Part shown: piece by piece, positions 1-8,146 of the stretch
How the letters are laid out: every line of letters starts with the position of its first letter
Numbering within the stretch: the stretch's first letter is position 1
IMG/VR virus record: IMGVR_UViG_3300020045_005861
Coordinates: 1-24,334 of that record
DNA from: a virus
Lineage: Duplodnaviria > Caudoviricetes
DNA: 24,334 nucleotides
Strand: one strand, 5' to 3'
Program-made: the position numbers and the translations under genes
Notes under the pieces: model-generated
Databases searched by the model: none
What the model was told of the DNA's origin: nothing
Seen by the model: only the letters and a program-made list of their open reading frames with translations

Positions 1-512
1 AGCTCGCGGTTTGACACCAGGCCGGCCCGCATGAAAGTGCCCATCCAGCCGATCTGAAACGCCTGCTCCGCCGAGGTGGTAACGTCGGCAAAATCGGCCA
101 CAAGAATATCGTTGCGCCAGGCTCGCACCACGCCTTTTATTCTGCCGGTCGGCAGGTGGTCGGTTCGGCAAATTCCTACCGCGTAGGTGCGGAAATATCG
201 GTAGGTGACGGTCTCGGTTTTGGGTGTTAAAAACCCGCCGGAGGATTTTTTTATTTTTACCTCTTTGTATTTTTTGCCACCGGGATAGCTGCACACATGC
301 AGCAGATGCCCCACGCAAGGCCCGTCACCGTCTACCTCGGGGATGGCAACGCCTGGGTCAGCGGTTTGCGGGCGGGACAGATCGGCCCGTGGCCCCTCGA
401 TGCGGGTAGCCGGGGTGAGCATGTTGATCAGCCCGCCGATGACTACATTGACGGCAACCGATTTTACAATCCCGCCCAGGCCCTGCCAAAATCCGCCCTG
501 TTCGCCCGCCAT
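1..512 (-). CDS. Tail tip / host-specificity protein, GTA g15 (megatron)-like; N-terminal part only, runs off the window
   Basis: Not in the ORF track. My translation from ATG 512 (TGATG overlap with the hub stop) is MAGEQGGFWQGLGGIVKSVAVNVVIGGLINMLTPATRIEGPRADLSRPQTADPGVAIPEVDG...VTYRYFRTYAVGIC...VVRAWRND, open to the edge. The Gly-rich hydrophobic N-terminus, EGPR motif and YxYxxTxAVGxC pattern are typical, and it follows DUF2163. Confidence 0.8.
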   Translation of the reverse strand, partial: MAGEQGGFWQGLGGIVKSVAVNVVIGGLINMLTPATRIEGPRADLSRPQTADPGVAIPEVDGDGPCVGHLLHVCSYPGGKKYKEVKIKKSSGGFLTPKTETVTYRYFRTYAVGICRTDHLPTGRIKGVVRAWRNDILVADFADVTTSAEQAFQIGWMGTFMRAGLVSNRE

Positions 513-1660
513 CAAGTGCCCCTTATTTCAGCGCCGGCCGTCATCAACTGCGCGGCATCGGCGACTGGCATATCGGGCTCGGCCCGCATGTTGATTAGAT
601 TATTTCGCGCCACGCAGGCGGCTTTGGTGCGCGGGCAATCCGGGCGCAGGCTGTAGGTGTCGCCAATCGTCACGTTGTAGGCCATCGGTTGCACCAACTC
701 AAAAACTCCAGAGGCAAACGCCTTGATCTCCATCTCCTTGCCTGAGTTGTCGCCGGTGACCCAGGTGATAATGCCCGGCACGAAAAAACTCGCAGCTTCG
801 GCCCGGCTGGAATCGGTAAATTTAAACGTGGGGTAGGTGGCATTGACAGCGGTAATTGTACCAGTGACCACCATGTCGGCATTGAGATTATCGGGCACCC
901 AGGTGTCGGCGGTGGTGATGGCCTCTGGCAATGCAGACGCGAGGGTAAAGGCCCCGCTGGTGTAATCGGTAACCATTCGGGTCAGCCCGTTGTTGACGCC
1001 CGATGCCGTAAATGTCAGCGTTACGCCCACAAAGTGCCCGTCTGGCAGGCTGAGAGTTGAGTCGGTAAATTTGGTGGTATTGGGTGTGCCAACGGACGAC
1101 ACCACGCCATTGACTCCGGTTTGCCAGTCCGCCACCACTTTGCAGCGGGTATCGCCAAACGTGGCCCGGCAGGTCAGGGATGTGCGCTCGCCAACACCTT
1201 GCTTGAGCAGTGCCACCAGCGACAACAATTCGACCCGATAGCTGCCCACCGTTTCATCCAGAGCGAATTCCCCCAGCCGATAATAGCCCGGCCCGATGAA
1301 TTCATGGCCCATGGTCAGGTCTTTGTAGTTGACCTCGTAGAGATAACACGCGGCGTTGTCAAAGCGCCCGGATCGAATGTCGGCAGCAGTAAACCCCTCG
1401 CCGTCAATGATCGACAGCGCCCCATTAATTTCGGCATTGTCCACGCTCATGGTCGAGTCTGTGGCAATGTTCGATTCCTGCCCCGAGAGGCTGGATTTGT
1501 ACAACAGCGCCCCGGCCCCGTCGTTGTAGGTTATATCGACATCGTGGTTGGTCAGCGCCACCGTGTAGGCGTCGGCGCAGACGATTTTGCACAGCAATGC
1601 CGGTGTGCGGACAAGCCCCTTTTTGTAGGTGTCGAATGCAACAGAGCGGGATTTAGGCAT
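512..1660 (-). CDS. Baseplate hub protein (DUF2163 + Phage_BR0599; GTA g13-like)
   Basis: Contains ALTNHDVDI, DIRSGRFDNA, CRATFGDTRC and the C-terminal CPRTKAAC..NNLINMRAEP. The start is revised to ATG 1660 (MPKSR), which overlaps the DUF2460 stop, giving 382 aa. Confidence 0.88.
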   Translation of the reverse strand: MPKSRSVAFDTYKKGLVRTPALLCKIVCADAYTVALTNHDVDITYNDGAGALLYKSSLSGQESNIATDSTMSVDNAEINGALSIIDGEGFTAADIRSGRFDNAACYLYEVNYKDLTMGHEFIGPGYYRLGEFALDETVGSYRVELLSLVALLKQGVGERTSLTCRATFGDTRCKVVADWQTGVNGVVSSVGTPNTTKFTDSTLSLPDGHFVGVTLTFTASGVNNGLTRMVTDYTSGAFTLASALPEAITTADTWVPDNLNADMVVTGTITAVNATYPTFKFTDSSRAEAASFFVPGIITWVTGDNSGKEMEIKAFASGVFELVQPMAYNVTIGDTYSLRPDCPRTKAACVARNNLINMRAEPDMPVADAAQLMTAGAEIRGT

Positions 1661-2303
1661 AACGATCCTCGACCAGGCTGATTTGCACAGCACCGGATCG
1701 GAAGTCGTTATAGCTGGCAAGAAAATCGTCCTGATCAAACACTACCGCCACATCGAAATGGCCGGAGACTTTGACAGTATGCCCGTTGGGCGGTGTGGTG
1801 GTGGGCGTGATAATTCCAGTGGTGGCGCTGACTGCTGCGGTCGCGTCCAGAACGTCATTGATGTAAACAGATACCACGGTTCGATCATCGTAGCCGAACG
1901 CGGTGGCCGTTGTGACGGGCTTGGTTAGAGTGCGGACCAGCTGGTCCCCGTCCAATGCCCCGTAGGTTTTTGTCATTTGGAACGTCGTTAATGCCCCCGT
2001 GCCGGTGCCAATAAGCTCGCTGGTCAGGGTGTAGTCCAGCCAGTCTTTAAACCGAAATGCCTTAGAACCACGGGTGCGATTGAACAGCGCCACCAGCGTG
2101 GAATAGGCCGCCGCGGTGGAGACCGACCCATCAACAGATATGGCATTATAATCGAGGCTGTATCGGTAGGTGGGCTGGTCGCGAATAATCGATCTGCGAA
2201 CTTTGCCCGATGGAAGCTCGACGCGTTGCGTGACAAAGGTCGGGCCGCCGACAAACCCGTAGGATATGCGCGGGTCCAAGAGTGCGCTTAGATATGAGCT
2301 CAT
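1653..2303 (-). CDS. Distal tail protein (DUF2460; GTA g12-like)
   Basis: Contains ISYGFVGGPTFVT, FRFKDWLDY, IGTGTGALTTFQMTKTY and GHFDVAVVFDQD. It directly follows the tape measure gene. Confidence 0.9.
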   Translation of the reverse strand: MSSYLSALLDPRISYGFVGGPTFVTQRVELPSGKVRRSIIRDQPTYRYSLDYNAISVDGSVSTAAAYSTLVALFNRTRGSKAFRFKDWLDYTLTSELIGTGTGALTTFQMTKTYGALDGDQLVRTLTKPVTTATAFGYDDRTVVSVYINDVLDATAAVSATTGIITPTTTPPNGHTVKVSGHFDVAVVFDQDDFLASYNDFRSGAVQISLVEDRYA

Positions 2304-4456
2304 CCGAACCGCCTCTGTACTCGGGCGATGGCAAACGCCGTCTGGTTGGCCACCTGCTGGCCGGTATAGCGGGCCTGGTGGTTATTGGCGGCGGGAGCCA
2401 CATTGATGGTGATTGACTGGCTGCCGCCCTGTTTGGTGAGGTCTGTAACCACCTCGCGGGGGTGCAGCATAGCAGGAAATCCGCCCTTGCCATCCATGCC
2501 GCCAGAGCGTGAGCCATTGCCGGTAAACCCACCCCCGGCGAATGAAAACAGGTCACTTGATCCAATTAATTTATCGAGATCGCCGGATGTGCCGCGCCCG
2601 CCGAACATTCCACCCAGCGATCCCAGCATCCCGGACAGATTCCCGCCAGAGCCCGCCCCAGGAAGCTTGATCAGCGCGGCTAGATCGGCTGCTGCCGCTT
2701 CCGCAACCATCCGGCGCATCACGCCAAGAAATCCTGTCAGCATCCCGTCTAGGCCTTCCGCAAACGGGTCAAACAGAAAATCAGCGAATGCGTCCTGCAT
2801 GTTCTCGGCTGCCCGTTCTGCGAATTTCGACATTTCATCGGCGGTTTCTTTCGTGCCATCGATGATGGCCTTTTCTTCTGCCTGCAACCGGATCATGGCT
2901 TGGCCAATTGCGTCGGCCTTGTCCGGGAAATCCTCCATCGCCATGTTGAGCAGCAGCATCTGTTCGCGCACATCGCGGAGGGCCGCTTCCTGCGGCGTCA
3001 TGGTGGCAGTAAGTGCTTCTTCCAGCTCAATCAGCGAATCAATGGCCGGCGTGGCCTCAAGAAGTTCCGCCGTGTACTTCGCCATGACCCTTGTGTGCTC
3101 ATCAACAGAGATTGCCCCCTCGATCAGGGCAAGGTCTGCATCCTCGACCTTGGCGGCAAATTCAGTCTGTGCTGTGCCCAATTCTCCACGGATGGTTTCC
3201 GCAAGGTCTTTAATGTGCTGGTCATATTCGGTCACGCGGTCAGAGGCACGAACATACAGTTCATCGATTGATGTCTTGCCGGTAGTTCCCCCGGCATCGG
3301 CAATGCCTGGGGCGGCGGTTTTTGCTGCTGGCTTTTTGTCGGTTGCCTTCTTCGGCGCTCGCAGCTCTTCGTACAGCCTGATTAGTTCCCGGTTTTTCGC
3401 AATCTCAACGTCGAGGTCTTTGATTGCCTGCTCGGTGGCCTTGTGGGTTTTCATGCCGATGAAAGACTTATCGCCAAGCGACTTTACAAGCTGCTCACGC
3501 TCCTTCATCTGCTCCCATAATTTGCTCTTGGTGCCCATCTCGGCGGGCATCATGGCCTTGGCCAATCCGGAGTAAGCATTGACCCCGGCAACGCCCCACC
3601 GAATAAGTGCAGCAGTGCTTTTGATTATCGCGCTGGTGATTGAGTTTATGCCGGCAACAGTATCCGGGTCTTGCAACAACGAGGTCAGACTTTCAACCGA
3701 CTCCTTGGCGTCGTCCAGCCCGTCGGACGCCTCGAACAGATCGTCGAACGCATTGCTCAATCCGGTTAGTGCCCCGCCGAACGTATCACGAGCCGCACGG
3801 GCAGAACCGCCGAACTCTTTGGTCAGTTCTTGCAGAATAATATCCTGCGCTTCCATTAGCCGATTTGACTCGACCAGGTTTTTTATCATTTTTTCCTGGA
3901 CGGGCGTGAACGAAACGCCAACCCTGGACAGCGCCGACAGCCCTTTTACCGGGTCATTTAGCGCCTTGCCCAACTGGACAATAGAGGTAGTAAGGTCTTG
4001 ATCCATGCGGGTGGATAGGTCCATCGCCGCTTCCATGGTGCGGTCGAACGTATCCCCGGCGATGTTGACGAACGTCACCAGCTTTGACATGCCGGAAATA
4101 ATGGCGTCGTCGTCAAAGGTCGTGGCTTTCTGTAGCTCTTTCGCCTTGGTGGTCAGCTCGTCAAACGACCTTCCAACTGCGCCGCCCGTGCTGATCAAGC
4201 CCTGCTCAAGCTGTCTGGCGGCAGCTTCGGCGGCCTTGGTTGATGCGATGACCTTAGTGGTAAATGCTGCAATCGCAACACCGCCGACAGCAATGCCGAT
4301 CTTCGCGGCCCGGCCAAACCCTGCAAACGATTTGGTGAGTTTGTCAGTTGCCCGCTCGGCCTTGGCGCCCTTGGCAGTCAACCCGTCGAGAGACTTCCCC
4401 GCTGCATCGACGGATCGGCTATCGACCTTTAGGCCCAGCGTGGCAAATTCGGTCAT
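2300..4456 (-). CDS. Tail tape measure protein
   Basis: 718 aa, Ala-rich and helical. Contains the N-terminal ATLGLKVDS, QLGKALNDPVKGLSALSRVGVSFT and the C-terminal FAGGGFTG...GGFPAMLHPREVV. It follows the chaperone genes. Confidence 0.93.
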   Translation of the reverse strand: MTEFATLGLKVDSRSVDAAGKSLDGLTAKGAKAERATDKLTKSFAGFGRAAKIGIAVGGVAIAAFTTKVIASTKAAEAAARQLEQGLISTGGAVGRSFDELTTKAKELQKATTFDDDAIISGMSKLVTFVNIAGDTFDRTMEAAMDLSTRMDQDLTTSIVQLGKALNDPVKGLSALSRVGVSFTPVQEKMIKNLVESNRLMEAQDIILQELTKEFGGSARAARDTFGGALTGLSNAFDDLFEASDGLDDAKESVESLTSLLQDPDTVAGINSITSAIIKSTAALIRWGVAGVNAYSGLAKAMMPAEMGTKSKLWEQMKEREQLVKSLGDKSFIGMKTHKATEQAIKDLDVEIAKNRELIRLYEELRAPKKATDKKPAAKTAAPGIADAGGTTGKTSIDELYVRASDRVTEYDQHIKDLAETIRGELGTAQTEFAAKVEDADLALIEGAISVDEHTRVMAKYTAELLEATPAIDSLIELEEALTATMTPQEAALRDVREQMLLLNMAMEDFPDKADAIGQAMIRLQAEEKAIIDGTKETADEMSKFAERAAENMQDAFADFLFDPFAEGLDGMLTGFLGVMRRMVAEAAAADLAALIKLPGAGSGGNLSGMLGSLGGMFGGRGTSGDLDKLIGSSDLFSFAGGGFTGNGSRSGGMDGKGGFPAMLHPREVVTDLTKQGGSQSITINVAPAANNHQARYTGQQVANQTAFAIARVQRRFG

Positions 4457-4776
4457 CGGGTCGCGCTCCGGTAAATATTATTGAGGGACATTATCACGTC
4501 AACCTCCCATGCGCGGAGGTCTCTGCGGGTCAGTTGTGACCAATGGTAAATCTCGGAAAATGTCAGGTCTTGGCCCCGGAAAATATCGAGGAACCACGAC
4601 CAAAGGTATTCTAACTCGGGCGGAATCTCAGGTACGTCCAGTTCTGCCGGTTTTTTTCCGGTAGATTCCCAAACCCTTTTGAGGTGAGTTTTTAAGGAGC
4701 AGGTCGAGCCTTGCGGGACTTTTTGGAGCCCGAACTCGGCTTCGGCAAATCGTTCGAGCTGGCCGACCGTAGCGCG
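4453..4776 (-). CDS. Tail assembly chaperone T segment (C-terminal part of the -1 frameshift product GT)
   Basis: Not in the ORF track. The -1 frame after the slippery site is open for 107 codons: RATVGQLERFAEAEFGLQK...PEIPPELEYLWSWFLDIFRGQDLTFSEIYHWSQLTRRDLRAWEVDVIMSLNNIY...*. It has no usable start of its own and its TGA overlaps the tape measure ATG. Confidence 0.85.
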   Translation of the reverse strand, partial: RATVGQLERFAEAEFGLQKVPQGSTCSLKTHLKRVWESTGKKPAELDVPEIPPELEYLWSWFLDIFRGQDLTFSEIYHWSQLTRRDLRAWEVDVIMSLNNIYRSATR

Positions 4777-5132
4777 AAAAAAAGGGCACGGTTCCCTGCT
4801 ACCCTGTCCACGGTGTCGGCAACTTGGGGGGCCTCAACCAGGAACGCCTCGACGTTTTCAGCGGTCGGATCCTGGTCAAACGACCATGCGAATATCAGCG
4901 CTGCAACCAGCCGCCGCTTTGCCGCCCGCAAGGCTTCATCGCGTTCGTTTTCCGGCAGCGCCGCAATCCTCATTGATGCCCGTTTAGAGTCGGAATCTGC
5001 TATGCGGAAGACGTCCGAGTCCACACCATGAATCATGATGTAATGCTCGGTTTTCTCCCCGGTCGGTGTAACGAGGGGCAGTTTCACCCCGTCGTTTGAC
5101 GCGCCGCGTGTATAGAATTGCTCCATGCCCAT
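4692..5132 (-). CDS. Tail assembly chaperone G
   Basis: 146 aa between tail tube and tape measure. Contains GVDSDVFR, LIFAWSF and NRALFF just at the slippery site. Confidence 0.85.
   Translation of the reverse strand: MGMEQFYTRGASNDGVKLPLVTPTGEKTEHYIMIHGVDSDVFRIADSDSKRASMRIAALPENERDEALRAAKRRLVAALIFAWSFDQDPTAENVEAFLVEAPQVADTVDRVAGNRALFFALRSASSNDLPKPSSGSKKSRKARPAP
4776..4782 (-). other. -1 programmed ribosomal frameshift slippery heptamer T TTT TTC
   Basis: The zero frame reads GCC CTT TTT TTC, an X XXY YYZ heptamer in the correct phase, and the -1 frame stays open to 4453. Confidence 0.82.
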
Positions 5133-5133
5133 A

Positions 5134-6342
5134 TTAGGTGGCCGCCGAATCTTGAATGGATATGGTGGTTGCCTCGGAGCTAATTCCCGACCCGCCGGCG
5201 CTGTTCAGCAAAGCGGTAAATGGCATGGTTTGAACGATACCCTTCTCGCCATCGTCTTTCGACGCGCCACCAACTTTAACCCTGGGCATGACAAATGCGG
5301 TAAAGGCCGGGTTTGCAGTCGATCCGCCTTTAAATACTGCGTAAATCGAGACCTCCGTTTCATTTTTAAAATAGTCACGAAAGGTTGCATCCTGGAAATA
5401 AACGCTCATGTTTCCAGACACCAACACGCGGCCACGGAATATTGCAGGGTATGAGTTGGACCCGACAACAGGCTCCGCACTCAAACCAGTTGTGATGGTA
5501 AAATCCATCCCGGTGATCAGCGCAACAGCGGTCCCACCAACATAGATAAACCCATTCACCGCAGCTAGAACCGAATCGGTCCCGGCAGCCGTAGGCGTGG
5601 TGTAATAGGCCGATGTGGCGGTGGTAACCGACTTGCCCATAAAGCCAACGTCAATAGTAGCCATGCCCGTGGGAGGGAGCGCGATGGCCATGGACTCGAC
5701 CTTGCAGCCAAGAAACAATTCCCCCTGCGCAATATCAGAGAACCAATGCTCGATGGCAAAGGAATCATCTGTCTGGCTCGACGTTGCGGCGAAGGTCTTT
5801 TTGCCCACCACTGCAATGGTTACGGTATCGCCTGCGGCTTCGTCGGTCAGTACCACCCCGTCCAGCGTGGCAACGGTCATAGTGGCACCCACCAGAGCGG
5901 TGATCATCGCATAATGGGTGTTGTTGTTCGCCTCGGTAAATCCGGTTGCCTTTACCACATCGCCCAGCTTAAATCCGTCGGTTAGGAACGAACCCGATGA
6001 TCTTGTGAACTGTGTCCCAGTCCCAGCCACGGCCAAAGTAATAACCGCCCCGGTGGTTGCCGCCGTCGGAAAGTCTTTTCTCAGTGCAGCGGCATAGAAC
6101 GGGTTATACGTCCCTACCGACAATTCGCCTTTAATGCTGCCGGTGATCGATCCAACCCCGTGGCGGAAGTCGGCAACCTGGCCATCCGACCGGATTTCCG
6201 CAGACTGATAGGTCTGCTTCGTCAGATCGAGGTTAGACTCGACCCGCCGCATATACTGCGCGCCGGTAGCCCCAGGAGCCACGCCCCAGGAGGATTCCTC
6301 TTTGTAAACAACCTGCTTGTTGACGCCTGCTGCAATAGTCAT
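5134..6342 (-). CDS. Major tail (tube) protein with an internal insertion domain
   Basis: 402 aa. Contains YKEESSWGVAP, SAEIRSDGQVADFRHG and LFLGCKVESM. It follows the tail terminator gene. Confidence 0.88.
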   Translation of the reverse strand: MTIAAGVNKQVVYKEESSWGVAPGATGAQYMRRVESNLDLTKQTYQSAEIRSDGQVADFRHGVGSITGSIKGELSVGTYNPFYAAALRKDFPTAATTGAVITLAVAGTGTQFTRSSGSFLTDGFKLGDVVKATGFTEANNNTHYAMITALVGATMTVATLDGVVLTDEAAGDTVTIAVVGKKTFAATSSQTDDSFAIEHWFSDIAQGELFLGCKVESMAIALPPTGMATIDVGFMGKSVTTATSAYYTTPTAAGTDSVLAAVNGFIYVGGTAVALITGMDFTITTGLSAEPVVGSNSYPAIFRGRVLVSGNMSVYFQDATFRDYFKNETEVSIYAVFKGGSTANPAFTAFVMPRVKVGGASKDDGEKGIVQTMPFTALLNSAGGSGISSEATTISIQDSAAT

Positions 6343-6743
6343 CTTGTCACCCTTGCTTGCCAGATAATATTAACGATTACCTGATACCAGGAATCGACGT
6401 TGCGAGAAATGCCCCGGCCAGAGCTGGTAATAAATACGTCCTGGCTGGAGTACGTGAATATGCGCCCCGCATAGAAATAATCGCGGATTGCCGTTGCCTT
6501 CTGTTTTGCGGTGCCCGCCCCACCGCCTACCGGGTAATTTAGATTGACCTGCATCACTCCGTCGATGAGGTCTTGCCCGTTATCGCCCAGTGTGTGGATG
6601 CTTGGCTGGTTGGGCATCATGAATATCTGCGCCCATGCCGTACCAGCCACGGGTGTAAATTCAAGGTTTTCGTGGGCAACGCTCAACCCAAACGACCCAG
6701 CAGTAAACGCGGCTTTGAGTGCGGAATCTATTTTGTGCGTCAT
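6339..6743 (-). CDS. Tail terminator / completion protein (DUF4128-like)
   Basis: 134 aa. Contains VAHENLEFTP and GVMQVNLNYPVGGG. It precedes the tail tube gene. Confidence 0.78.
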   Translation of the reverse strand: MTHKIDSALKAAFTAGSFGLSVAHENLEFTPVAGTAWAQIFMMPNQPSIHTLGDNGQDLIDGVMQVNLNYPVGGGAGTAKQKATAIRDYFYAGRIFTYSSQDVFITSSGRGISRNVDSWYQVIVNIIWQARVTR

Positions 6744-7138
6744 AGTTTATGCGCCCGCGCTTGCTCATCGACAAGCCTTTGAAACCGCGCCACGTTGCGC
6801 CGGACCATACCCTGAGGTGCCTGCCCGGAATGCCCGTATTCCAGTGCGATGGCATAGGGCAGGTTATTAACCAGAAATGTGACGCGCCCGCCTTTGAGTG
6901 ATTTGACAAACGATTCTGCCCGCGACACGGAACCAGCCCCGGTCGGGTCAAATCCTGCCGTTGTTCCGTCTTTCGGCCCGTCTATTGACGCCATCCAGTT
7001 GCCACGGAACCGCCCCGTATCAACAGGGGAATCCATGATTACCGAACTGAACAGCTTGATCTCGACGGCCTGAATCAACTCGTTGCTTTTCGTGCTGAAC
7101 TTGACGCGGAATTGATTTAATTCGCCCGCAAAGGTCAT
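6740..7138 (-). CDS. HK97 gp10-like tail completion / neck protein
   Basis: Contains SPVDTGRFRGNW and NNLPYAIALEYGHSGQAPQGMVR. Confidence 0.88.
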   Translation of the reverse strand: MTFAGELNQFRVKFSTKSNELIQAVEIKLFSSVIMDSPVDTGRFRGNWMASIDGPKDGTTAGFDPTGAGSVSRAESFVKSLKGGRVTFLVNNLPYAIALEYGHSGQAPQGMVRRNVARFQRLVDEQARAHKL

Positions 7139-7488
7139 GCCCGCACCTGCACGAAATACGCCAGCGGGGTGCCGGCCGGGTTGACGGTTTGAATGTCCAC
7201 GATGTTCCAGTACACGGACCCAACCTTGACCTTGTCGCTCAACACCGGCACTTGGTCATCGTCGAGAATGTACAATCGGTCTCCATGCTGCACCCGTGTT
7301 CCGTCGATCTGGTCCTGCCGGTAGTTCTTTTGTATTCCCGTTGTGGTGATGTCCGATGTAGAACCGCCGCTTTCTGTTTCCGTGGTCGCGTCAAACGTCC
7401 CGGCAACTGTGCGGCGCAGCGTCACGGTCTGGCCGAAGTCGTCCAGCAGCTCGTTGACCATGTCCGCCATGTCGGAATAAAACGTCAT
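7135..7488 (-). CDS. Head closure / head-tail joining protein
   Basis: 117 aa. Contains FGQTVTLRR, IDGTRVQHGD and NPAGTPLAYFVQVR; synteny fits. Confidence 0.8.
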   Translation of the reverse strand: MTFYSDMADMVNELLDDFGQTVTLRRTVAGTFDATTETESGGSTSDITTTGIQKNYRQDQIDGTRVQHGDRLYILDDDQVPVLSDKVKVGSVYWNIVDIQTVNPAGTPLAYFVQVRA

Positions 7489-7646
7489 ACTTTTGACGCT
7501 CTGGGCTTTCTGGCTGGCTTTTCACCCGAAGGCTTTTCTTCGTCGAACGCCACGTGGAATTCAGGGTCAAAGTCCGTTTTGTTGATCTCGACAAAATCCC
7601 CCTGCCCTTCGCCCCACGGTTTAACTTTCATCGTTTCGACGATCAT
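7485..7646 (-). CDS. Small conserved head-region phage protein (53 aa)
   Basis: Below the ORF-track cutoff. It reads MIVETMKVKPWGEGQGDFVEINKTDFDPEFHVAFDEEKPSGEKPARKPRASKV* and is coupled at both ends (TGATG, ATGA), exactly filling the gap. Confidence 0.8.
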   Translation of the reverse strand: MIVETMKVKPWGEGQGDFVEINKTDFDPEFHVAFDEEKPSGEKPARKPRASKV

Positions 7647-8146
7647 CACGACCTCACCGCAAAAAGGCCGCTGTTTTTAAGCAGCAGCCTGATATGGACT
7701 TGGGACGGTTGTTCCTTGCCGACCTTCAAAGCCTGGCCGGGGTTGGCATATTCCACCTCGACGGCGCCATCGACTTTTTTGCGGATCGTCGGCATGGTAG
7801 CGATCGACGGGTTGAATAAATCCTCGCCCGCGTGGACCTCCAGAATCAGCGCCAGCAGCGCATTTTTCACCTGACGCGGGATCTCCGTGTAGTCCCATGT
7901 CCAGCTCTCGATAACCACGCCGGTCCTGGGCCATTGAAGCGCCTGATCCCGGTCCACCTTTTGCCCCTTGAACTTGTCACCGTAGGACTCAAAATAATCC
8001 ATCGCGGTCCGAATCTGGCCCTCAAGCGTAGCGTCCACAGCCGACAGGGTAATGCTCCTCGCCGTCGCATGGGCGCGGGCCTCGGTCAGAGTAACGTAAC
8101 TGTCGGCCCCCGTTACCTGAGAGCCATCTTCGATTATGAGAGCCAT
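7646..8146 (-). CDS. Head-tail adaptor/connector (family often labelled DnaT-like)
   Basis: Contains MALIIEDGSQVTGADSYVT, QALQWPR, IPRQVK and GAVEVEY; synteny fits. Confidence 0.82.
   Translation of the reverse strand: MALIIEDGSQVTGADSYVTLTEARAHATARSITLSAVDATLEGQIRTAMDYFESYGDKFKGQKVDRDQALQWPRTGVVIESWTWDYTEIPRQVKNALLALILEVHAGEDLFNPSIATMPTIRKKVDGAVEVEYANPGQALKVGKEQPSQVHIRLLLKNSGLFAVRS

Noticed and set aside
2385-4484. Long + strand ORFs (396, 140 and 159 aa) opposite the tape measure gene
   Set aside because: They are Ser-rich antisense shadows of a codon-biased gene with no RBS or motifs. The same applies to the other + strand ORFs across 224-19627.
7646-8146. Possible DnaT primosomal protein
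   Set aside because: Its position between coat/fibre and head closure genes identifies it as a head-tail adaptor, so the family label is misleading.
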